A stretch of 64,000 nucleotides of DNA from contig JAWKYB010000012.1 in the NCBI GenBank assembly GCA_041396705.1, positions 933 to 64,932 on the forward strand, in the 5' to 3' direction. Below the pieces are notes generated by a model that did no database searches, was not told the origin of the DNA, and saw nothing but the letters and a program-made list of their open reading frames with translations. Origin of the DNA: Alphaproteobacteria bacterium (GTDB taxonomy: Bacteria; Pseudomonadota; Alphaproteobacteria; CALKHQ01). The first letter of the stretch is position 1; each line of letters begins with the position of its first letter. This document shows positions 35,988 to 43,767 of this stretch, piece after piece. The position numbers were made by a program, and so were the translations under genes.

Positions 35988-36349
35988 TCGACCGGCTCCA
36001 CATAGACCTCGACCCGCCCGCCGCAGGCCAGGCCCACATGCCACGCGTCCTCGTCGGAGACGCCGAATGCGAGCCGCCGCGGCGCGCCGTCCTGCATGGC
36101 GGCCATCGCCTGTTCGACGACGGCACCCTCGATGCAGCCGCCAGACACGGAGCCCACCATGGCGCCGGCCTGGTCGATGCCGAGCTGGCTGCCGACCGGG
36201 CGGGGCGACGAGCCCCAGGTGCGGATCACGGTGGCGACCGCGACCTTGCGGCCCTCGGCCCGCCAGGCGGCGATCCGCTCGATCACCGCGTCGGGCCCGG
36301 CGAAGAGGTTATCCTGTTCCGTTGCCTGCGCTTGCATCGTCCACCTCAC
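35984..36349 (-). CDS. XdhC/CoxI family protein, N-terminal domain
   Basis: XdhC_CoxI motif VAVATVIRTWGSSPRPVGSQL...GSVSGGCIEGAV...GLACGGRVEVYVEP. Confidence 0.7.
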   Translation of the reverse strand: MRWTMQAQATEQDNLFAGPDAVIERIAAWRAEGRKVAVATVIRTWGSSPRPVGSQLGIDQAGAMVGSVSGGCIEGAVVEQAMAAMQDGAPRRLAFGVSDEDAWHVGLACGGRVEVYVEPVE

Positions 36350-37608
36350 GCTGCCAGCCGCGGTTGCGGCGTCGTCATCGCCGGGGCGCTCAACGCCTCG
36401 GTCAGGGCCATCAGGCTGTTGAGATTGTGGACCGGCCGGAATTCGTCAACATGCGGCAGGATGGCGCGGATACCGCGCGACTTCGGCTCGAAGCCCTCGA
36501 AGCGCAGCAGCGGGTTGAGCCAGATCAGCTTGCGGCACGACTTGTGCAGCCGCTCCATCTCCTCGGCCAGGCCCTCGCCGGCGTCGCGGTCCAGGCCGTC
36601 GGAGATCAGCAGCAGGATCGCGCCCTGGCCCAGCACGCGGCGCGACCAGTTGACGTTGAAATCGCGCAGGCAGGCGCCGATGCGCGTGCCGCCTGACCAG
36701 TCCTCCACCGCCTCGGCGCAGGCGTCGAGCGCCACGTCGACATCCTTGGCGCGCAGGTGCCGGGTGACGTTGGTCAGCCGGGTGCCGAACAGGAAGGTGT
36801 GGACCCGGTCGTAGTCGTTGGTGATGGCGTGCAGGAAGTGCAGGAACAGGCGGGAATAGCGCGCCATCGAGCCGGAGATGTCGCACAGCACCACCAGCGG
36901 CGGGTGGCGCAGCTTGGCCTTCTTCATCTTCAGCGGAATGTCGTGGCCGCCGCTGCGCAGCGCGGCGCGCAGGGTGGCGCGCATGTCGGCGCGGGTGCCC
37001 TGCGCCGTGGTACGGAAGCGGCGTGTCGGCATCGCCATGATCGGCAGGCGCATGCGCGCGATCGCCTTGCGCGCCTCGGCCAGTTCCTCCGACGACATGT
37101 CCTCGAAGTCCATCTCCTGCAACAGCTCGCGGTCCGACATGGTCATCACCGCGTCGAGCTCGACCTCCTGCTCCTCCTGCTGCTCGCCTTCGGCACCGTC
37201 GGGCTGGTCGCGGTCCTTGCGGAACGCCTCCTCGACCCGCCGGCTGATCTGTTTTTCGTCCGGCTTCGGCTGGCCGGCGTCGGCCTCGAACGACGGCAGC
37301 ACCAGCGCCATCATCCGCTCCAGCAGCTGCGGGTTGCGCCAGAAGATGTGGAAGGCCTGGTCGAACAGGTCGCGCTGGTCGCGCCGGTTGACGAACACCG
37401 CATGCAGCGCCCAGTAGAAGTCGGCGCGGCGCTCCAGCCCGACCGTCTCCACCGCCCTGACCGCCTCGATCACCTTGCCCGGCCCGATCGGCAGGCCGGC
37501 CGCACGCAGCGCGCGGGCGAAGTGCATGATGTTGGCGACCAGCTTGCCCTGGCCGCCGGTGACATGGGCCCAAGCCTGGTCGTTTCGGGTCGCGTTCGGC
37601 GGCTGCAT
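36346..37608 (-). CDS. VWA domain-containing protein, CoxE family
   Basis: 420 aa from ATG at 37608 (MQPPNATRN...). C-terminal von Willebrand A domain with MIDAS (VVLCDISGSMARYS). The 646-aa track ORF is over-extended. Confidence 0.85.
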   Translation of the reverse strand: MQPPNATRNDQAWAHVTGGQGKLVANIMHFARALRAAGLPIGPGKVIEAVRAVETVGLERRADFYWALHAVFVNRRDQRDLFDQAFHIFWRNPQLLERMMALVLPSFEADAGQPKPDEKQISRRVEEAFRKDRDQPDGAEGEQQEEQEVELDAVMTMSDRELLQEMDFEDMSSEELAEARKAIARMRLPIMAMPTRRFRTTAQGTRADMRATLRAALRSGGHDIPLKMKKAKLRHPPLVVLCDISGSMARYSRLFLHFLHAITNDYDRVHTFLFGTRLTNVTRHLRAKDVDVALDACAEAVEDWSGGTRIGACLRDFNVNWSRRVLGQGAILLLISDGLDRDAGEGLAEEMERLHKSCRKLIWLNPLLRFEGFEPKSRGIRAILPHVDEFRPVHNLNSLMALTEALSAPAMTTPQPRLAA

Positions 37609-37610
37609 GG

Positions 37611-38528
37611 TCAGACGTTGGCGACCACGGCCAGTTCGGCGTTGACGGTGTTGAGGATGCGCTGCGCCTCGGACCCTTGCAGCTTGGCGATGTCGTCCTG
37701 GTATTTCAGCAGGGCGCCGATGGTGTCGTTGATCGTGTCGGGGTCGAGCTCGATCACGTCCAGCGTGGTCAGCGCCTTGGTCCAGTCGATGGTCTCGGCG
37801 ATGCCGGGCAGCTTGAACAGGTCCATCTTGCGCAGCTTCTGCACGAACATCACCACCTGGCGCGACAGCCGCCTGTCCGCCTCCGGCGCCTTCAGCCGGA
37901 CGATCTCCAGCTCGCGCTCGGCGCCGGGATAGTCGACCCAGTGGTAGAAACAGCGCCGCTTCAGCGCGTCGTGGATCTCGCGCGTGCGGTTGGAGGTGAT
38001 GATCACGATCGGCGGCGTCTCCGCCGCGATCGTGCCGATCTCCGGGATGGTGACCTGGAAGTCGCTCAGCGCCTCCAGCAGATAGGCCTCGAACGGCTCG
38101 TCGGTGCGGTCGAGCTCGTCGATCAGCAGCACCGGCGGCCCGCTCAGGCTCGGCTCCAGCGCCTGCAGCAGCGGCCGCTTGATCAGGAAGCGCTCGTCGA
38201 AGATGTCGCTGCCCAGATGCTCGCGATTGGCCTCGCCGGCCGCCTCGGCCAGGCGGATCTCGATCATCTGCCGGGAATAGTTCCACTCGTACACCGCCGA
38301 GGCGACGTCGAGACCCTCATAGCACTGCAGCCGGACCAGCCGCCGGTCCAGCGTCGTCGCCAGCACCTTGGCGATCTCGGTCTTGCCGACGCCGGCCTCG
38401 CCCTCGAGGAACAGGGGACGGCCGAGCTTCAGCGACAGGTAGACGGCGGTGGCCAGGCTGCGGTCGGCGACATAGTCGCCGCGGGCGAGAAGATCGACGG
38501 TCTCGTCGACCGATGTCGGCAGTGTCAT
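37611..38528 (-). CDS. MoxR-family AAA+ ATPase (CoxD-like)
   Basis: 305 aa. Walker A GEAGVGKT. Walker B LLIDELDR. MoxR architecture. Lies 2 nt upstream of the VWA partner gene. Confidence 0.9.
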   Translation of the reverse strand: MTLPTSVDETVDLLARGDYVADRSLATAVYLSLKLGRPLFLEGEAGVGKTEIAKVLATTLDRRLVRLQCYEGLDVASAVYEWNYSRQMIEIRLAEAAGEANREHLGSDIFDERFLIKRPLLQALEPSLSGPPVLLIDELDRTDEPFEAYLLEALSDFQVTIPEIGTIAAETPPIVIITSNRTREIHDALKRRCFYHWVDYPGAERELEIVRLKAPEADRRLSRQVVMFVQKLRKMDLFKLPGIAETIDWTKALTTLDVIELDPDTINDTIGALLKYQDDIAKLQGSEAQRILNTVNAELAVVANV

Positions 38529-38714
38529 CTACGCGCGGGTCCCCAGTCTGCGGCCGGCCCCGCGTCGTGGGTGCGACGTCGCGCCGGCGGAAAACGCATG
38601 CGCCGCCCCGATGGAGCGGCGCACGACAAGACTTAAGGCAGCGCGTCGGAAATTGCGAGGGTCAGCGACGCGGCAAACTGGCCTCCCACGCCGGTGCCGC
38701 GCCGGGCGGCCCGG

Positions 38715-39077
38715 CTATTTCCGATACCACTGGCCCGACTGGGACAGCAGGAAGGTGCCCGACGGGACCTCGCTGTAGATGCGCTGGGCCGCGATGATAC
38801 CGACCTGGTCGATCGGCGCACCGGTCTGGCTGGCCACATTCTGGTATGCGGCATAGCGCTGCGAGTTGATCTGGTCGACCAGCGCGCGGACGTCGCCCGG
38901 CGCTCCGTTGTCGACCAGCGCAACATAGCCGTCCGGCCGTTCGCCGATATACCCGGCCGCACGCGCGTCCGACAGGGCATCGGCGGCGGCGGGTCCGATA
39001 ATCAGGCCCAGCGCCAGCACGGCGGCAGACCCGCGCACCGCGAGCTTGTGCGCGATGCTTTTGATACCACCACTCAT
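38715..39077 (-). CDS. YdbL family protein (DUF1318), secreted
   Basis: 120 aa. Signal peptide. DUF1318 core (DARAAGYIGERPDGYVALVD...INSQRYAAY). Confidence 0.75.
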   Translation of the reverse strand: MSGGIKSIAHKLAVRGSAAVLALGLIIGPAAADALSDARAAGYIGERPDGYVALVDNGAPGDVRALVDQINSQRYAAYQNVASQTGAPIDQVGIIAAQRIYSEVPSGTFLLSQSGQWYRK

Positions 39078-39286
39078 TCCGAATCTCCCGACAATCCGAA
39101 GATGTCTCCTTGTTCAGCAAAAACGTCATCCAGCGCGCGATCGACCTTGATCAGGACCTCCTGTTGGATGGTCACGTTGATCTCGAGCTGGATCGGTTTG
39201 TCCGGAGCCTCAATCCGTACAACGGGATCACAGGCTGCGACCAACCCCAAAAAAGCCGCCAGAACCGATGCCTGATACACCCGCAT
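39074..39286 (-). CDS. YnbE family lipoprotein
   Basis: Lipobox LAAFLGLVAAC, then RIEAPDKPIQLEINVTIQQEVLIKVDRALDDVF, matching E. coli YnbE. Start taken at the internal Met (MRVYQ...). Stop overlaps the ydbL start. Confidence 0.7.
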   Translation of the reverse strand: MRVYQASVLAAFLGLVAACDPVVRIEAPDKPIQLEINVTIQQEVLIKVDRALDDVFAEQGDIFGLSGDSE

Positions 39287-39383
39287 GCACGCTAGATGAG
39301 CACCGAATGGGACCTTTCTGTGGCAATGCTTGGACAAATTGTGTCCTCCCTGTTATCGCCGTCGCGCCTGCACGCCCGGTTGC

Positions 39384-42300
39384 TCATTGCTGATCCACCG
39401 CCTCGAAGCCGTAGTCCAGGATCAGGTCCTGGATCGCCTCGGGTACGCGATAGATCTCAAGCGAGTTGCGGATCACGTCCTCGAGCTGGCCGTCCACATT
39501 CAGTGTCAGATCGACCGGGACGCCACCATAGACGTCCGGGTTGCGTCCGAGAATGCGAAATCCGGCCTGCATGTCGCCGGCGACCGGGCGCATCAGCCGC
39601 AGCGTCAGCTCGTCGAACATGAAGTTGCGCAGCAGGTCGACCATCAGCGCCACGCCCTCGTTGGAATCGCCGACGGCATCCAGGTTCTCGCCCGCATCGT
39701 AACGGATGAAGCCCGGTTCGCGCGCATGCAGGAACGCCTCGGGAATCACCACCTCGCCGTCGACGACGGTGATCGGGATCTCGCCGTCCAGCGTGCCTTC
39801 CGCCTGCAGGTCCTCCAGGTCGGCATACTCCAGCAGCGTCTGCAGGCTGACGCCGGTGACGATCAGGTCGATCGACTGCTGTTCCTTGCTGAACACCAGC
39901 GCTTGGTTCTCGGTGGAAACGACGCCGTCGGCGAGGTCGAAGGTCGCCCGGTCGATTCGCAGGGTGTCGCCGTTCTCGATCGCGAAATGCACCTCCGCAT
40001 TGCTGATCGGCACGCCGGGGTCGACGCTGGCGATCGAGAGCAGCTGGTCGGGCTGCGTGCGGAGCGGGTTGAGCCCGGCGATCTGCACCACCGCGTTCAT
40101 GCGGGTGAACTCGACGTCGTCGTAGGAGCCGCTGACGTCCCTGACCAGCACCGCCAGGTCCGGCGTGATCGTCGACCCGGCCCAGCTGATGCCGCCGTCG
40201 ACGTCGACCGTACCGGTTACGTTCTCAAAATCGGCCAGCACGGGGCTGACGTCCGATGGCTGCAGCACGCCGGGGGTGAAGATCAGGTCCTGCAGCTCGA
40301 CATCGGCGCGGCCGCGATTGGTGTTGACGTCGTGGGTCACCGTGACGTCGCCGATCAGCAGGTTGCGGTCGTCGAAGGTGCGCGCGGTGATGCGGATGAT
40401 GTCGTCGAGGCCGTAGCGCAGGTCGGCGCGCACGCCCAGCGGCGGCAGGTTGCTGCGGGTCTCGCTGGCGCTCATCCGCCGGGCCGATGTGCGGATGCGG
40501 ATCAGGTCGGTGGTATCGTTGTCGTCGTAGTCGATGGTGACGGTGGCGCCGTTGATGGTCCAGTCGCGCGACGGCATGGTGCCGTCGACGCCGTTGACCA
40601 CGATCTGCATCACGTAGCGGCCCTCCAGATAGCCGCCTTCCATGATGACGTCGCCGGTGGTCAGCGCGGTCTGCACCCGCTCGTCGCCCATGCGGATGGA
40701 GCCGCGCGCGTCCAGCGGCGCGATGTTCAGGCTGTGCCGCAGGCTCCAGCCCTCCGGCGTGTCCAGGTCCAGCTCGAGCGCCGGGCTTTCGCTGGCGGTG
40801 ATGCGCACGATCGAGGACTCCGGCAGCAGCACGTCGCCGTCGATGTCCATCGCGTCGACCTGGAACACCGCGTTCTCGGTGAAATAGAGCCTGGCGACGC
40901 TGTCCTGCCAGGACAGCCGGCCGGTCAGGTCGCCGGACAGCCCGGTCATGGCGACGTCGTCGATGGCGCCGCCGGCGTCGGCAAAGCTCATCGTCAACGG
41001 GCCGGCCAGGGCGCCGTCCGGCTGCGGCGCCAGCGCCAGCTCGACAGCCAGCCGCGGGAAGGCCAGGGCGGGGTCGGTGAAGCTCAGCTCGCTGAACGCG
41101 CCGGCCATGTCGAAATCCGGCAGGCCGTCGCGCCAGACGAAACGGCCGGCGACCTCGGCCACGCCGACCTTGGCGGCCGGCGTATCGATGTCCGAGGCAT
41201 AGAGCGACAGGTCGGTCAGCTCGACGGTCACGTCCTCGCCGGAATGCACCGTGCCGGTGAACTCCGCGGCGACCAGGGGGCCGCTTTCGGTCGCGGCCAG
41301 CACCGTCATGTCGCCCTCTGCGGTCCAGCCGTCCGCCGTGCCGGCCAGCGACAGGGTCAGCGACCGGGTCGGCCGGCCCTCGACGGCCAGATCGATCCGT
41401 CCGGCGAAGTCGCGGGCCAGGATCGGTTCCCATTGCGGGTCGGACTCGGCGAGGCCGGCGAGCGCGGCCGGGTCGAGCGCGCCGATGCGCAGCTCGACCG
41501 GATCGTCGCTGGCCAGGGTCGCCCTGCCTTCGGCGAGCGTGACCGTCACATCGCCGACCGAGGCGATGTCCTGGCCCAGCCCGGGCACGGTTGCCTCGCC
41601 GAGCAGCCACTGCAGGGTCAGCTTGCCCTCCGCCTCGGCCATTGCCGCCGCCGGGTCCGCCGCCAGCGCGGCGATCGGCGGCACGGTCACGGTGCCCGTC
41701 GCCGACGCGGTCAGGCTGCCGCCGCCGGTCCAGTCGGTGCGCAGCGGCCATAGCAGGGTGTCGCCGGCGCTGGCGAGGTCCACGGCCACGGTCGCCGAGC
41801 CGCCGGCGAACAGGTCGGGCGTGTCGATCTCGACCGAGAGGGCGTTCTCGCCGGTCGTGTCCGCCGCGGCCACCCTGGCCGCCAGGGCGGTTCCGTCGAA
41901 CGAGGCCGCGACGGCGACGTCGTGCAGGGTCATGTCGCCATCCGCCGTCGACAGTGCCGGCGGCAACAGCGCGCCGGGGATGCGCAGGCTGGCGAAGGCC
42001 AGGTCGGCAGTCCCCGTGGGCAGGCCTTCGCCCGGCCAGGCGACGGCGACGGTGCCGGTGCCGTCCTCGGCGTCGCCCCAAGGCGTGCGGGCGGTCAGGG
42101 CGCGCAGGGTCGCCTGGCCATCGATCGCACCGGTCGGGCCGACGGTCGCTGTCACGTCGGCGTCCAGCACGGCCGTCTCATTGTCGGCCTTGAGCGCGAG
42201 ATCGATCGCGAAGCCGCCGTCGCTCTCGCTGTCGATGGTGCCGCTGGCGTGCGCGGTGAGGCTGCCGTCGGGCGTGTCCAGCACGACCGTGGCGTCGTCG

Positions 42301-42806
42301 AGGACCAGCCGGTCGAAGGGCGCCGCCGCTGCGCCGCCGGACGGCGTCGTCGCCGGGCCGGTCTCATCGCTCGGCGCGCCGGCGCCGCCGAGCAGGGCGT
42401 CGAGCGAACCCAGCGAGACCGCACCGTTCTCGTCGACCGACAGATGGATCGTCGGGCGCGTCAGCCGGATGGTCAGGTCTTCGGGCGACAGGTCGATCAG
42501 GTCGAACAGGTCGTATTCCAGCTCGACCGCGTCGGCGACCAGCTCGTCGGCGTCGCCGATGCGGATATCGACCATGCGGCTGCTCGACAGGCCGATATGT
42601 TCGATGTCCAGCCGCGGGTTCGGCAGCGCGGCGTCGGTCAGCGCCTGGCGCACGATGTCGCCGGCATAGCGGTCGAGCACGAACACCGCGCCGCCGACCA
42701 GCACCAGCAGCAGGCCGCCGATCCCGCCGAGAATCCAAAGCCACCAGCGGCGCTTCTTGCGCCCTGCGGTCATGCCTTGCCGCGCTGTCGCCGTCTCTTC
42801 GTCCAC
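39384..42806 (-). CDS. YdbH-like AsmA-family intermembrane (phospholipid-transport-type) protein
   Basis: 1140 aa. N-terminal TM anchor (RRWWLWILGGIGGLLLVLVGGAVFVL). Long repetitive beta-rich periplasmic region. Sits upstream of ynbE-ydbL, as in the E. coli ydbH-ynbE-ydbL operon. Confidence 0.8.
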   Translation of the reverse strand: MDEETATARQGMTAGRKKRRWWLWILGGIGGLLLVLVGGAVFVLDRYAGDIVRQALTDAALPNPRLDIEHIGLSSSRMVDIRIGDADELVADAVELEYDLFDLIDLSPEDLTIRLTRPTIHLSVDENGAVSLGSLDALLGGAGAPSDETGPATTPSGGAAAAPFDRLVLDDATVVLDTPDGSLTAHASGTIDSESDGGFAIDLALKADNETAVLDADVTATVGPTGAIDGQATLRALTARTPWGDAEDGTGTVAVAWPGEGLPTGTADLAFASLRIPGALLPPALSTADGDMTLHDVAVAASFDGTALAARVAAADTTGENALSVEIDTPDLFAGGSATVAVDLASAGDTLLWPLRTDWTGGGSLTASATGTVTVPPIAALAADPAAAMAEAEGKLTLQWLLGEATVPGLGQDIASVGDVTVTLAEGRATLASDDPVELRIGALDPAALAGLAESDPQWEPILARDFAGRIDLAVEGRPTRSLTLSLAGTADGWTAEGDMTVLAATESGPLVAAEFTGTVHSGEDVTVELTDLSLYASDIDTPAAKVGVAEVAGRFVWRDGLPDFDMAGAFSELSFTDPALAFPRLAVELALAPQPDGALAGPLTMSFADAGGAIDDVAMTGLSGDLTGRLSWQDSVARLYFTENAVFQVDAMDIDGDVLLPESSIVRITASESPALELDLDTPEGWSLRHSLNIAPLDARGSIRMGDERVQTALTTGDVIMEGGYLEGRYVMQIVVNGVDGTMPSRDWTINGATVTIDYDDNDTTDLIRIRTSARRMSASETRSNLPPLGVRADLRYGLDDIIRITARTFDDRNLLIGDVTVTHDVNTNRGRADVELQDLIFTPGVLQPSDVSPVLADFENVTGTVDVDGGISWAGSTITPDLAVLVRDVSGSYDDVEFTRMNAVVQIAGLNPLRTQPDQLLSIASVDPGVPISNAEVHFAIENGDTLRIDRATFDLADGVVSTENQALVFSKEQQSIDLIVTGVSLQTLLEYADLEDLQAEGTLDGEIPITVVDGEVVIPEAFLHAREPGFIRYDAGENLDAVGDSNEGVALMVDLLRNFMFDELTLRLMRPVAGDMQAGFRILGRNPDVYGGVPVDLTLNVDGQLEDVIRNSLEIYRVPEAIQDLILDYGFEAVDQQ

Positions 42807-42909
42807 GGCCCCAGCCTATCGCGCATTTCATCGAACCGCCATGCCCAGCGGGGTGGGGTCGCGATGCGCGCTGCGAAGACCGCCGACGCGGGTCGCCGGC
42901 GCCGAACGG

Positions 42910-43668
42910 TCAGAACACGCCGACCGCCCACAGGACCAGCAGCAGGATCACGATGCCGATCACCGCGCCAACCCACAGGTAGGGGTTGGTCATGCTGACC
43001 TTTTCCTCGGTGCGCGCCTCCTCCATCTTGGCATGCAGGTGGCTGGCGACCGTGTTGCTTTCATCCTCCTCGGCGTCCGGCGCCGACGGCGGCGCGGCAG
43101 GATGTGCCGGCGCGGCCGGCGTGGCTGCGACCGCCGGCGCCGGCGGCACCGCCGGTTCGGCTGGCGCGGCGGGCACCGCGGGTTCGGCAGGCACCGGGGG
43201 CACGGGCGGCACCGGGGGCACGGCGGGCTCGGCCGGGACGGCGGCTGCGGCGGGCTCCGCCGCGGTCGCGGCGCCGCCGGCGACAATCTCGGCGAACTTG
43301 CCGAAGAACTGCTCGGCCATCTTGCGCGCGGTGCTGTCGATCAGCCGGCCGCCCAGCTGGGCGATCTTGCCGCCGACGGAGGCGTTGACCTCATAGGTCA
43401 GCACGGTTTCGTCGCCGTCCTCGGCCAGGTGGACCTTGGCGCCGCCCTTGGCGAAGCCGGCCGCGCCGCCCTTGCCCTCGCCGCTGATGGTATAGCTTTC
43501 CGGCGGGTTGAGGTCGGAGAGCGTGACGGCGCCGCCGAAGCGTGCCTTCACCGGGCCAAGCTTGGCGGTCACCTTGGCCGAGAAGCTGGTGTCGGACTCC
43601 TTCTCGATCTCCTCGCAGCCGGGGATGGCCTGCTTCAGGATTTCCGGGTCGTTCAGGGCATCCCACAC
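42910..43668 (-). CDS. carbon monoxide dehydrogenase subunit G-like protein (CoxG, SRPBCC fold) with Pro/Ala-repeat linker and C-terminal TM anchor; N-terminus apparently frameshifted
   Basis: WDALNDPEILKQAIPGCEEIEK... SRPBCC. (PAEPAVP/PPVP)n linker. C-terminal helix WVGAVIGIVILLLVLWAVGVF. The canonical N-terminus MDMTGEYRIPAP is encoded just upstream in another frame (43653-43712). Confidence 0.7.
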   Translation of the reverse strand: MWDALNDPEILKQAIPGCEEIEKESDTSFSAKVTAKLGPVKARFGGAVTLSDLNPPESYTISGEGKGGAAGFAKGGAKVHLAEDGDETVLTYEVNASVGGKIAQLGGRLIDSTARKMAEQFFGKFAEIVAGGAATAAEPAAAAVPAEPAVPPVPPVPPVPAEPAVPAAPAEPAVPPAPAVAATPAAPAHPAAPPSAPDAEEDESNTVASHLHAKMEEARTEEKVSMTNPYLWVGAVIGIVILLLVLWAVGVF

Positions 43669-43767
43669 CTTCTGGCGGGGGCGGGGATCCGATATTCGCC
43701 GGTCATGTCCATGATGCAGGTCCCCCTTCGTGGCGCGAGCCGTTTGCGGCGTTGATTCCGCAGAAAC

